DNA from: the human T2T-CHM13v2.0 reference genome, Homo sapiens
Assembly: GCF_009914755.1 (NCBI RefSeq)
Contig: NC_060926.1
Length of the DNA: 64,000 nt
Reading direction: 5' to 3' (one strand)
In this document: positions 42,765-56,885 of the stretch, one piece after another
Layout of the letters: each line of letters begins with the position of its first letter
Numbering within the stretch: the first letter of the stretch is position 1
The notes under the pieces: model-generated
The model's database searches: none
Told to the model about the DNA's origin: nothing
What the model saw: the letters and a program-made list of their open reading frames with translations, nothing else
Program-made: the position numbers and the translations under genes

Positions 42765-43862
42765 ATTAACAGAACGAAGGGCAAAAACCATATATCTGAT
42801 TATATGCAGATAAAGCTTTTGACAAAAATTCTAAATTCTTTCATAATTAAAAATTGTCACCAAATTAGATATAGAAGAAATGTACCTCAACTCAATAAAG
42901 GCCATGTGTGAGAAGCCCACAGCTAGCATTATACTCATTATTGAAAAACTGAAACCCTTACTTCTAAGACCTGGAACAAGACAAGGATGCCTACTCTCAC
43001 AACTTCTATTTAACAGTAGTGGAAGAACTTGCCAGAGCAGTTAGGCAAGAGACAGAAATAAAGGTATCCAAGTAGGGAAGGAAGTAGTGAAATTGTCACC
43101 GTTTGGTGATGACATGATTTTATATATAGAAAACTATACAAACTCTCACCAAAGAAGTTTTAGAACTAATAATCAAATACAGTAAAGTCACAGGATACAA
43201 AATCAACACACAAAAGTCATTAGCATTTCTATACACTAACAACAAATGATTTGCAAAAGAAATCAAGAGAGCAATCGCATTTAGAAGAGCTACAAAAACT
43301 AAAATACTTAGGAATAAATTTAACCAAAGAGGTGAAAGACCTATACACTGAAAACTATAAAACTTTGATGAAAGAAATTGTAGAAGACACAAATAAATGG
43401 AAAGATATCCTGTGTTCATGGATTGAAAAAAATAATGTTTTGAAAATGTCCATACTATGTAAAGCAATCTATAAATTCAATGCAATTTCCATCAAAATTC
43501 CAACATTATTTTTCACAGAAAGAGAAAAAAAAACTGAAATTTATATGGAACTACAAAAATATCTGAATAGCCAAGGCAATCTAGAGCAAAAAGAACAAAG
43601 CTGGAGGTATCACATTACCTAATTTCAAGCAATACTACAAAGCAATAGTAATTAAAATACCATGGTACTGGCCAAAACATTAATAATAATAATAGATAAC
43701 TTGACCAAGGGAATAATATAGAGAGCTCAGACATAAACCCGTACATATATGGCCAATTAATTTTTGGCAAAGGAGCCAAGTATTTGCAATGAAAAATAAT
43801 AGTCTCTTTCATAAATAGTGCTGAGAAAACTAGATACCCACATACAGAAGAATGAAATTGGG
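42765..43862 (+). mobile_element. Inverted 5' portion of the same L1MA (decayed ORF2 RT region)
   Basis: ORF 43251-43622 contains [38 protein letters not shown] (L1 ORF2p); TSD GCTCAAAGCTT/GCTTAAAGCTT brackets 41441-43862. Confidence 0.9.
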
Positions 43863-45096
43863 GCTTAAAGCTTCTCAAACATGAAAAGAAATTTTCTGTA
43901 CATTAAAAGCCTTCCAGTCAAGGAGCTCTTATTTATTTTTAGTCACCTAAATGGAAACTATTTTAATCTTTTTGGATAGAAAGTGAAGTCAGTGCCAAGG
44001 GCAAAGGACTTGGGTACTAAATATTTGGCTCTGGCCTCAAGCCTGCCATTCACTAGCTGTGCGGTCTTGAGGTCGCTGCAATAACCAACACCTGATGTAA
44101 CTCAAGGGTTTATGTATGTTATAAGAAGCCAGAGATGTATTCAACAAGAGAGGGAAATAAAGTTATGAAACATCCTGTGAGTTGATTTCCTCCCCAGTAA
44201 AGAGAAATAACCTCTGATTTGTCTACACTATGATTCCTAAACGATTGCTCTACAAAAATAATATATATTCACTTTTCCGGGATAATACCACTTCATTACA
44301 ATAATAGCTACAGCTTATTATAAATAATTTTTAAATCCCTTCTAAAGGAAAGGATTGAAATACCTGGACAACGAGTAAAGAAACAAACTGAAAAAAAAAT
44401 TGGTGACATTAAATGACACAATGGTTTAAAATGCATTTCATTTCAGAGCATTTCTTAGAAATATTATTTTAACATTGAATTGTTACAGCAGCTACTTTTT
44501 CTTGTATTTGGGCCCTGAAAATAGTACACAAAAAAATCTTTCTGATCATGTTTTAAACTATTGTGAGGAAAAATAAAATGGTGATAGGGAAGGGAAGGAG
44601 AAGGTCAGTTTATTTTGATTATGAGTTTTGTCTATAAAAAAGGATTATAAACACAGGCTATACCTGTTAATCTTTCTATCTCTAGAAACAAAAATAAAGG
44701 ATTCACAGAGAGAGTTCGTCTTCCTTTATCAGGAGGAAAAACTAGCTGAAAAATATAGTGATTTCAGACAATAAGATGCATACTCAGCAGATCTGCAACA
44801 TTGCACCCTCCTCGTTAGTATCTCCCTTCTGATACTGGAATGGCTCCTGCCTTCAAGGTTGCCCGGCCTAAGGGAGGAAACAAGAGTGTAACAAATGTTC
44901 CAGAATACTGAGATTTGCTTTTTCAAAACAAAGGAAGTTGAAAACAAAGCATGAAGACTGACATGGGAAGACACCAGCACGACCAAGTACTGGGGACTGT
45001 TCCAAGAAGCTCTGGAATGTCTACATAGGGGAGTTTTGGGGATAGCCATTTGAGTAGAAGGGATAATGCTTACTTGACACAATAAAAACATGTTCA

Positions 45097-45399
45097 GGCC
45101 AGGCATGGTGGCTCACACCTGTAATCCCAGCACTTTGGGAGGCCGAGGCGGGCCTCGGTCAGGAGATCGAGACCATCCTGGCCAACATGGTGAAACACCA
45201 TCTCTACTAAAAATACAAAAATTAGCTGGGCATGGTGGTGCAGGCCTGTAATTCCAGCTACCTGGGAGGCTGAGGCAGGAAAATCACTTGAACCAGGGAG
45301 TCAGAGGTTGCAGTGAGCCAAGATGGTGCCACTGCACTTCAGTCTGGCGATAGAGCTAGACTCCATCTCAAAAAACAAAAACAAAAACACAACAACAAC
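45097..45399 (+). mobile_element. Alu (AluSc-like)
   Basis: GAGATCGAGACCATCCTGGCCAAC; TSD AAAAACATGTTCA. Confidence 0.95.
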
Positions 45400-46961
45400 A
45401 AAAACATGTTCAACTACAATTCTCAATGGTGATGTCTCCTCAGAAGTGAAATTTGAGATATGTGTGTGCAAGCACTGCACTTTTCTATTATTTTCCAAAT
45501 ATCCTATACTAAATCTTAAGTGTTTGTAGAAGAGAAAAAAGCAAATAACAATGTCATATTTCAAAAATTTATCCCAATGATATTGAGGAGATTTTTATAT
45601 TGATTGCTTTTTTATAAAGTGATCTGTTTTTCAATTTAAGATACTTTCTTCATCATCTTAGACCATAAATCAGTTTCTTGAAGACATTGTTTGTTAAATA
45701 ATCCCCCATCCCCAGCTCCTACTACAGTCTCTCAAAAATTGATTAGGTTACCACGTTCACCCCCCCACCCAGGAATTATTTCAACATTATTCTAAATGTG
45801 TAGGCAACACTTTGCTGTCATCTGCTTCTAATGAAGATGATAATGATGAAGATCACAGCATTGTGGGTTAAGACTCCATAAAAGTGTATGTGTTTATAAA
45901 ACTGTGGATAATGACTTAGGTCACAGCTTCAGTAGAATGAGAGGTGTTGTAACATCATCTTTCAGTTTCTGCTTGTAAGGATTTCTGTTTATCTCCTAGA
46001 CATGTAAGTTTGGGGTGTCAAAAAATCACCCCTCCATCCCAATTTCAAAGAACTGATAGTTAATGGTGATCCATATAACAGCATTGTTAATCTTCGAAAT
46101 TGCATACAAGCCCTTGACATAGGGTTTCTTGATAAAATTGGTTTGGAAAGTACTACCTGGGCCCGAGAATAAATGGACACTGCCCTCCTCTCTTATGGTA
46201 ATGGGACCTGAAGCAAAGTTTACCAGATTTTCTCACCAGTCACAAGCTAAAAATTTGCATTTGTACAGTGGGTACGTATAGTTTTATCACATTGGACAGA
46301 AAGCAGAAAACAATTCACTTCCCTTTTACTGAACCATGAGACAAGCAGAGAGAGAGAATCATGACTCTCAGCAACCATAACAGTATGGGCCCAAGCAAAC
46401 TACTGGAGAGAAAAATCTGAAACTGCTCACTGCTCACTGCAATTCCCCACTCACAGAAAGGAGAGCAGAGTCTTCTTCAGCATGAAAGAGAAGGTTACTT
46501 GTTTCTCCTTCCTCTCCCTCACTTTTGTTCTTTCTTAACATTTGGTTCAAAGGCCAAGGCTTTGGTCAGCCAGGAGTATTGCTTTACTCATTTTCTTCAT
46601 GGGGAAAAAGATCATTCGTGTAAAAAAGGTTCCTGCTTCTGCATATGAGACAGACCAACAACTGCCCTTCTGTGATATGGGCAGTTCAGCTGAAGAGCCA
46701 GAAGAGGACATTAATGAAATTAGCATTAAATGCTACATCCTACACCAAAAATTCATCACCTCTTTTATTTCAAATTATGCCCTGCCACATCATTCAAATA
46801 TTGCTTATAAGATATACAATGAAGAGTAACACAAAAATGCCCTAAATTTATATGTGGATCTTCCCATTTTTACATTCTAAGAAAGGGTATAAAATTTAAA
46901 AAAATCATCTGTGCTTCATACATTCAAGTTTAAAGAACTGAAGTCAAAATTTCTTGCTCCC

Positions 46962-47798
46962 TGTATTAGGCAGAATAATTGTCCCATGTCCATATCCTAA
47001 TCTCCAGAATCTGTGAAAATGTTACCTTACATGGCAAAGGAGAACTAAAGTTGCAGATAGAATTAAGGTTGCTAATTAAAATAGGGAGATTATCCTAGAT
47101 TATCTGTGTGGGCCCAATGTAATAACAAGGGTCCTTAAAAGGGCAAGAGGAACTCAGAGCCACAGAGACAGCAGTGTGAGAAGAAATCAGCCTAGTGTTG
47201 CTGGCTCTGAAGGTATCTGAAGGGGCCATGAGCCAAGGAAGGTGGGCCGCTTTTAGAAGCTGCAAAAGGCAAGAGGATGGATTCTCCCCTAAAGCCTCTC
47301 GAAGGCAACAGAAAACCTGCCAATCTTAATGTTAGCCCAATGAGACCCATTTCAGACTTACAGAACAATAAGACCATACATTCATTTTGGGTTCAACCAC
47401 CAAGTTTGTGGTACATTTTGAGTATCTCTTACTTGAAATGCTTGAAACCAGAAGTGTTTTGGATTTCTTTTTTTCTTTTTTTTTTTTTTTGGATTTTGAA
47501 ATATTTGCATATACATAATGAAATATGTTGGGGATTGGACCTGAGTCTAAACAAGAAATTCATTTATGTTTCATGTACACATTATACACATAATCTGAAT
47601 GTAGTTTTACACAATATTTTTACTAATCTTGTGCATGAAACACAAATTTGTTTCATGCACAAAATTCAGGTGTGGATTTTTCCACTTGTGGCCTCATGTC
47701 AGCACTCAGAAAGTCTCAGATTGTGGAGCGTTTTGGATTTTGGATGTTTAGATTAGGGATGATCAACCTTTCTTACAGCAGCCTAGAAAATAATATAC
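46962..47798 (+). mobile_element. MLT1D MaLR LTR split by Tigger4 derivative
   Basis: TGTATTAGGCAGAATAAT start, GGATTCTCCCCTAAAGCCTC, resumes TTACAGCAGCCTAGAAAATAATA. Confidence 0.8.
47414..47770. mobile_element. Tigger4b/MER46-like TcMar DNA element
   Basis: TTGAGTATCTCTTACTTGAAATGCTTGAAACCAGAAGTGTTTTGGATTT...TTTAGATTAGGGATGATCAACC terminal repeats. Confidence 0.8.
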
Positions 47799-50700
47799 TC
47801 CCTACTTCCTTATTCTGCTCTTCCTCAGACAGGTGAGTGTCACTCTGATGGAGTCTGTCTTCCGCAAAAGTAGCATCTTGGTCCACTTCTGCCAAATGAT
47901 TACAGCCTTTAGCTCCTCCAAAATTGAGTTAGTGGAACTCCAAGTTTCTCATGATTGCCATTTTCTGTAGTATCAGCGGGAAGTACACATAGGAGTATCA
48001 TGGAGCCAAACTCATACCAGCATTGTTTAGATGTCACAAATAAATGCTCAGCTTCTGAATCACCTACTGCATGCAGAGTCATGTTTTCTGATCCTAGTGC
48101 ATAATTCGAAGAGTGACCAATGCTCACGGTGCTATCTCCAGCCACAAATGCTTAACACTGACTGAGAAAAAGGAGGAAATAGTTCTGGCTTTAGTTCTGC
48201 CCGGAGGCTGTTGTGTCTGTCCTGGGGTCATTATTTAAAACCAGTAAGGAGAAATCTTCTATTGAGAGGTTAATTGTGACCTTCTGATTTCTTGAAAGAA
48301 AAAAAAAAATCCATCTATCATACAGCCTCCCTAGGAGTAGCATTTGGGATTATCCTGACTTTTTGCAAGATTTAGACAGTTGCAGGTGGATACTCCCTCT
48401 TAGGGTCTTTCCCTCTGAAATTCCATCACCATTTTGAGCTGTATGTTCTTTAACTCAAAACCGAATTGTGGTGGACTCTGTCTAGTGAGTCTCTCACGAG
48501 GATGTTTCCTCACATGTATAACTTTTATAAACAGTCAGCTCTCCAAACTGCCTTGCTTTCTCTGAGCCATTCTTCACCCCCAGCAAGATTCCAAAGCATG
48601 TTGTATTTTCATGTACTAGTGGCTACTGATCTCACCTCTTGCTCTTGAGTTACCTAGACATACGAAGCTCATCTCTTGAAGGTAGTCTTCCTCGTTCTCC
48701 ACATCTCTCTGTTCAAAATCACCTTTAGCAAATTCATGAACTTCCAAAAGCATGTGCACCTCCAGAGGCCAGCAATGATCAACATGCCCCAGACCATGTG
48801 CGCTCCCTGAAAATCTTCTCCTCTCTCAGAGTTTGAATTTTTCAGGCCTTGACTAACTTGTTCTCTTTTCCTGGCAGCAAAATGTCTTTCTTTTCCCATT
48901 TTTTTTTTTTTTTTTTATCACAGAAGGATTGTCTCTGAGAGCTCTGGTTCCTCTGTTTTCCTTTTCTTCCTTCTCGGCAGACTGAGTGAAGTTTAAAATG
49001 TTTAACCTACTTTCTAAGTTGCTTCTCTTTCTTCTTAACCACATGTGGAGCTAACCCTGTTTGCTAGATCACTCTGCTTTCCTTCCTTTCTCTTTGCTCT
49101 TGGGCCAGGCACACATGCCTCCAGCTTCTGTCTCATGATGTCCCCAGCATGAGAGAGAGGAATTCAGTCTGTTCCAGATCAGCCAAAAATAAATGCAGCC
49201 CACCACATGGATGGTCTCTTCCCAGCAGCCTACAGCAAATCTAGGCCCAGTTTAAATCTTACTGACATTTCTTGCTGAAACTGAGAATGCAATCTTCCCT
49301 GAATCCATCAACTTCATACATTTCCTAGCCATATCCCTCATAGCACATGCCATACCTGTTTCCCCACAAGTAGTTGTGCTACCTTGAAGTATGCTCTGCT
49401 GGTATTCACCTTAACAATCTGACCATCTCATTTAACCTCCTCATGTAGCTGTCTCAGATGTTAGGGTGGTATCTCATTTGCTCTTATGACTGGTTCCCCA
49501 CTTACTACTAAGTGAAGGTCTCTCAATGGTGCTTAAGGCAGCCTTCCTCTGGGAAAACATTCTAGTTCCCTCTCTGAGAAGATACGGCCTAATAGTTGCC
49601 AAAATTTAGGGGAGAAATATAGCCTCCATTCTAGTAACAACTGAATCATCCTCTTCATTTTTAGTTGTTCCTCTGAAAGCAATTAGATACAGCAAAATCC
49701 TTTCCCATTTGTATCTGTGTGTTTCATAAGTTCTCAGTCTTCGGGTTAAGAAAATGCCTCTCTTGCTCCATTTCAATCAACACAGATTCCTTCATTTCTT
49801 TTCCCACATTTCCACTGCTCCTCTCTGACTTGACAACAAAAACCTGTCATTTTTAAAATGAATTCTGCTCCAATTCCTGAAAACAGTCTGTTTCACACAT
49901 GGGCTGTTTTAATTTTTTCTCCATTTCATAGGCTTTCCATCTCAATCCACCAAAATGACACATTACTGATCTAGGAAGATATCCTATTTCTTTTTATCTT
50001 CTCATTGACTAAAAATGCAACATTTCTCTGTCATTGATCTCAGCACGGATCTCTGAAACCCACATTCATGTTTAGGGCTTCTGAAGGGAAGAATCTAGAA
50101 CAAACCTGGGGCTCATGTGGGTAGGCGTGACTCCACCTCTGGAAGCCACATGCATGCAAGTCTCCTAGGAAAAGTTTCCTCTTCTCCCCGGATGAAATTC
50201 AAAACAAAACAGAGACAATATTTGAAAATGCTACTCTAGTACTCTGTCAAATCCCAAGTATTAACAATCTCAGGGCCAAAACATCACATAATAATATTTT
50301 ATAGGTGCAATTTAGCTGCACTTTTGTAACTTAAAGTCCCAGTAATATAATGTCTGCCTGTCACTGCAATGCTATTGCATCCACACATAATCTACTGCAA
50401 ACTTCTTGGCCTAAGGGGTGCCAAGGTTTGGCATATCAGCTCATATGAGCAAATATGTAGATTTTCCATAAGGAAACTTTCTTCCTAAAGAGGACAAAGA
50501 TGGTTGATGTTCAAATACTATCACTTTCCCTCTTCCTGTCTTTCTGTCTAAATATCTAGTAAATAGAAGGATGACATGGTGAACTTGGATTTGAGATTGC
50601 TGAAACAGAACAGCCTAATCTATGCCTCACCTAAGTGATGCATCTGGATGCACAAGCAGGCTCACCTTGACATGCACTTGTGGTCTCAGACTGAAAAGTT

Positions 50701-50842
50701 GGAACAGGGTGTCTCTCCACCGTGTGAATAGGACCAGCTCAGATGAGCTTAATTCATTGAAAAATAAAGCAAAGGGGAACCCCCCACTGCCCTTCTTACT
50801 ATTTCAAGAGACTTCCAGGGAAAGAACGTTTTGACTTAAAAA

Positions 50843-51027
50843 GATAGTTCTCCAGGTGTAGCCCCTCGTTAAGCATCAGCATCTCCTGGCAACTCGTTAG
50901 AAATGCAAATTTATTGGGCCCCAACCCAGACCCACCAAATCAGAACCTCTGGGGGTGAGCCCAGCAGTCTTTAGTTTAACACGCCCTCCAGGTGATTCTT
51001 GTGCACACCAAAATTGGAGAACCACTG
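50843..51027. mobile_element. MER5A hAT-Charlie MITE
   Basis: GCATCAGCATCTCCTGGCAACTCGTTAGAAATGCAAAT...CCCTCCAGGTGATTCT...GAGAACCACTG. Confidence 0.85.
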
Positions 51028-52808
51028 GCCGTAATTATACTAATCAGGTTAGTTACTTCTGCACAAGTAAAGAGGAATGAGCAGGGCAAGAAAGAATCCC
51101 ACTCCAAGATGTTCTCCTCATGGAGAGAGAAAGAGAAATCCTCTTAGCTACATTGTGAATATCAGATCTTCTCCTTTCTATTAGATTATCTTGGAGCAAC
51201 ATAAACATATGAGAAACTCACTTAGAAACAACCTGAATGATCAAATTAATCTTTTCACTATTGTGCAGTGTCCCTGTTGCTCCCAGGATTGTTTTCCTAA
51301 AAATCAAATCGGGCATTCCGTCTTACTAAAAGATTGTGGTTAGCTCCCTATTTCCTATGGGGTAAAGTCTAAACTATCTGGAAGAAAAAAGATCAGTCAC
51401 AAACTTGCCCCAAAACATCTTCTCGACCTAATTTAAATGCATCTTTTATTGTATACCTCAAATGGAATAAGCGACTTTGAATAAAGAAGCAAAAGAAGGA
51501 AAGAATCTTCATCCTCGACAGCAGTTTCTTGTATCAGAAGCCCCCAGAAGAAGATTAGCAGTGCAGAGGTTCAGGTCTATCCCCAAAGATTCAGCTACAG
51601 CAGCTCTGGAACTGGCCTACGCATATACATCTTGTCAAGGGCCTCAAGTTAGTCAGCTGCAGGTGTCTGTAGATCACCTGTTAAAAAATCTTGCTCTCCA
51701 TATTTAATAACTGTGATGGCTGCCATACACTAGACTTTTTAGCCAGTGCCTATTAACTGAGTGATGCCACAGTAATCATTTCCGCTTTTGGATATTTACT
51801 TTTTATAAAACACTGTAACCTCCCTCTTCAAACTATTCTGACATCTCACAACATGCAAATATTATTTTTTACATATCTAAAACATACAGTGAGGACAAAT
51901 AGAGTCCACAGCATTTTTTACTGGGGTGTCTAATACTTAAATGCCTTAAAACTTGAAAGGTAAGGACTCCAGAGGAGGCACACCATTGAACGTGAAGGAA
52001 CAAAGTCAGTAGAATTCCAGACGTGTCGATAAATCTACTTTCATTAATGTCTTTATGTGGGCTCCTTTCCCAAGGAGGGCTTCCATGTCTAACTTTAGAT
52101 AGCTGTTCATAGCTGTTCTGTCAAAGCACTGCAGAGATCACTCCTTCGCTTAATTTTGCCATTAACTTTTCTTTTCCTCTGCAGAGTCTCAGAACAAATA
52201 CATTCTGTTTGCATGAATAATACATCATGTTTCCAGGTACAAAGGAGAAGTCTAAGTCTGCACAGCTGTAAAAGGAAACTTCATCTTTTTCCAATGTTTT
52301 AGCATCAAAGGGATTGGGATTCATTTTATAAAAAAGTTGTAATTGTTGTTAATCTTTTGAAATTATTTTCCTTCCACACTCAGCATTTTAAATCAACCAA
52401 ACATACACTTTTTTTTTTATCATTGATTAAAAGTCAGAAGGCTGTATCCTAGTTTTGGGTTTGCTACTAGCTGCTACATGACTTTGGGCAAAACATTTGA
52501 CCTTTCTGAGACTTAGTTTTCTTATTAGCAAAAGGGGCCAAATGTGGCTGAGAATTGGGTGGTTTCTAAAATCCTTTTGTTCTACGTAGTGAAGAAAGGA
52601 GACATGAACTGCTACATTCAAATCCAGATCGTCTGAAGCAGGTCTTATTCTAATGTGGATGATCTTAGTCCTAGAAATTCACTACTTTGACAAAAATTTC
52701 AGGCTGAGACACTTGCACATACAAGACGTTAGGAGTTGAAGAAAATAAATTTTAATAGAATCAGAGCAATTTAATTGCCTGAGTAAGGTTAAGAATTGCC
52801 ACAGTCCT

Positions 52809-53368
<560 letters not shown>

Positions 53369-56300
53369 CTTATGCTTCTCTCATCTTCATTTCAACAGAG
53401 AATGTTGAGGTTTATCTGGGATCTGGAAACTCTGTTAACCTGGGATAAAAATGTAACCATGAATTAAGACACCCTGAAGTCAGTGGTTGCTGACCAAATG
53501 TATGAATTTGGCTCTTTGTTTATGCTATTAATGGCAGATTGGAAGACAGTGTGCAGAAACTGTTTCATTTCAGTTTTCCAGGCTCATCTAATATAGGTAA
53601 TTAAGATTCACTGCCTAATTAACTTCAGATGGCTATACAGAGAATAACCTAATTCTGCTCCTTTCTAAATATCAAGGTTTATCCATATAGTAAAAACAAG
53701 ATTATGTATAACCAAAGGCCTCACCATTTGTTCACGTTACATTGTTAATGATGTGCCATCCTCTTAGGACAACAGAATATCCATGTTGTGCCTTCCGTTT
53801 ATAAAGAGAGGACAAGAGGGTCCCAGAGGTTAGTGACTACAGCAGGCCTCCCAGAGAGTTGGTGACAAAGGCAGGTCTTCAAGAAGTTCTCAGGGTAGAT
53901 TTCTTTCAAGTTTGTTATTTAAAGAATAACTAATTCATCCTCATTTTTATAGAGAGAAATTATTTCTATTTTATCGTTCCTGGTTTACTGAGCAATTTCA
54001 GATCAAGCACATTTTTGACATTGGGCAGTAGTGGGGCAGGATTGGTGAGAAAGGAGGGAAGGTCTTTTTTTTTTTCAGATTTACTCAAATACAATTTATT
54101 TATTTTTAACAATATATCAACAAGGCAAGTGAAACCCTAGCCCTGTTATTCATGAGAAGATGACTTACAAAGACACATTATAGGAATAAATTAAATCAGA
54201 AAGAGTGTTGTCTAGGGTTTATTGAGTTCTGAGCAATTTGTAACAGAGAAGGTGTAGTAAGCACTGTTCCCTCCAGGGTGTTAAGGGGTTGATGGGCGGG
54301 GGGGAGGATAAGCCCTAGGATGGGTCTGGGGCTGTATGGAAAGGGAGTCAGACAGAGGGGCCAGGAGTGCCAGGGTCAAGGAATTGAGCACAGCCATATC
54401 CTAGGGGTGCCCAACACCAAGCTGGAGAAACTGAGTTCAGCCATCAGCTTTGAAGGCTGTCCTCCAGCCAGTAACAGGAAACAAAGTCCAAATGTCAGGA
54501 GCCAGGCAGATCCTGGGGAATTAGAGAAATATATAAAAATCAAATTTATTGCTAGACACATGTCTAGAATATCTATGACTTACTTACAAATTCCTGGACC
54601 CTTGAGTTTGGCATTGGAATGAATGAATCTATGGAGGGAGGCAGATTATCTGACAGGATTTTTTTTTAAAGAGTGCAATTACAGGTCATGTTACAATATT
54701 GGCAGGAATGAGAATCACTTTGGAATCCTAAGGGTGACCTACTCAGAAGGGTGGTCATTAGATTCACCTTCTTGAGGAAAAAATACCTGATGGGAACCTT
54801 TGCATTTTAAAGTTTTCAAAAGGAAATATTATCTTCAGGAAGGGAAAAGGATGGAGAATATGGGTTCTTGATGTAGCAAGTGCCTGAACATGTTTTAGCT
54901 CAGCCATTTGGAGAGGTAGCCATGTGGGAAGGCCGAAATGGTCAATCAGTAGAGCTATAACTCTGTTTTCTGACAGATGACATGAGAGACAGGAATATAA
55001 TAGGACCAGTAGTAGACCCAGTCTCTGACCTGGGTGCTACGACTCCTGATAACTTCAGTCTTCTGCTAGAGAGACCTGCCCGCCACCTCCCTACATACCA
55101 TCTGACATTCCTAATGCACCATGCCTAGTAAGTGGCAGCATTACCATTGACCTTCCTTCACCCAAATCTCTGCTGAGTGAACTTTAAACTACATTGCCTT
55201 TGCCAGTTTGATTGTCACCTCTTTCTAAGTACTAGCGAGTGGGCAGCCCCAAGCTGAAGTCTCATTACAGCAGAAATTGATGATGCCCTGACTCTGCAGC
55301 TACTATGGGAAAAGTATTTGAAACAGTTATTGTGCCTGGATGCAACTCACCAAGTTGACTTCTTTCTTAGCCACCACTTTGCGAAGTAGAAACGAATGCC
55401 CTTCTCCTGCCACCTTCATCCTCAAGACCCAAGACAAAGAGGAGAAAGAAACTGTATAGAGTTTTTGCTCATTATTGATGGGAGAGTTTGTGGGGCTTGC
55501 AGAGACTGATCATTGGTATTCTAGAGACAGAATGGACATGACAAGTGTGTTCTTTTACCATGTAGGAGTCACCCCATTTCAGAGCGAACAAATTAATTAA
55601 TTAATGGATTAAGAAATTAGTATGTTCATAGTTGTTTTGTCCTGTTTTAAAAGTGCGGTTAGGGCACATTAGTTCTGGATTGTAACCATTCTTGTTTCTG
55701 CAAGATGTAGCATTAACACCACTAGCTAATGTCAGCCTTGGCTACAACCTCAAAAAGGATTTATTAAATGCAAGCTGATTGGATCTCAGCCATTTCCTAA
55801 GGATGCAGAAGATCAGGCCTAGAGCCCACAGTTTCTGTAACAGGTTCACTATCAGCCCTGTGTTACTGATATGTCAGCACTCAGTGCTTAATCAAGTTTG
55901 GTGGCCATTTGGAAAAGACAAGCTGAGGAAAGAGCAAGCCCTAGATTTCCCATCAAGAAACCCAGATTCTAAAGCACACCCCCATATATTATCCATGAGG
56001 ACTCAATGGGAAAGTGAGGGAAGAGCTTTGTCTTTTGTTGTTTAATTCTCAAAACACACCCCATCACAGGAACTCCATAAAACAAAGAGGAGGGACTAGA
56101 GAGCCAGGGATGGAAGAAAAAACTGCTGGTTTCCTTCATGAACTAGCTATGGCAACTATATAGGAAAAAGCAGTGAAAATGCTTCGTACACTGCACACTG
56201 CTGTGTAAGCTTAAGAGCTCTGTGGGACAAAGGTTAGCCCCCAAATGCCATAATTTGAAGTTGAGTAAAAAATTTGACAATCTCACCTGGAAGGAGCCAC

Positions 56301-56675
56301 ACAGGATTTTCCTGTGTAGAACAAAACCTAGTTTATACAACGCACATGCTGCGTCACAGCCCCTCTTCTCTGGTATTGGGACACAAGAGATTGTTTTCCT
56401 TGGGTCTCTCTGGTCCAGGATCTACTGCGATGTAAACCTCTTGGTGGCAAAGCAGGTTTGCAAGTCATACACTGTTTCCACTCTTTTAGGAATAAACAGA
56501 GCTGAAGTCACAGGAACCAGACCCAGGAGGGGACTGTGACTGGCTGGGAGGCAAAGGTGGGTATTTATTGGCAGTAAGATGCGATGCCCAGCCAGGGGTC
56601 CCAATGCCTAACCACATTCACAGCTTTTGTTAGTCTTTAAAAAGAACACATTCTTAACCAATGTGTTAGGCTTTA

Positions 56676-56885
56676 GGCAGCATGAGTGAGTGGCCAAGAG
56701 AACAGATTCTACAACCAGACTGTTTGAGTTCAAATCATAGCTTTGTTTCCATCTAGCTCTAAACCTCAACAAGCCACTTAACTTCTCTGTGGATCTGGGG
56801 ATGATAACAGTGCCTACCTTGTAGGATTGTTGGTAAGGTACTGAGGATGGTAACAGGCATATTCCAAGAACTTGGTAAATGTTTT
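56676..56885 (+). mobile_element. MIR
   Basis: CCAGACTGTTTGAGTTCAAATC...AAGCCACTTAACTTCTCTGT...GATAACAGTGCCTACCT. Confidence 0.7.

Noticed and set aside
43251-43622. 123-aa ORF with reverse-transcriptase-region similarity
   Set aside because: A frameshifted remnant of L1 ORF2p in a truncated, inverted old L1; not a functional CDS.
47277-47756. Longest ORF in the window (159 aa)
   Set aside because: Spans MLT1D and Tigger4 non-coding sequence and a poly-T run; no recognisable domain.
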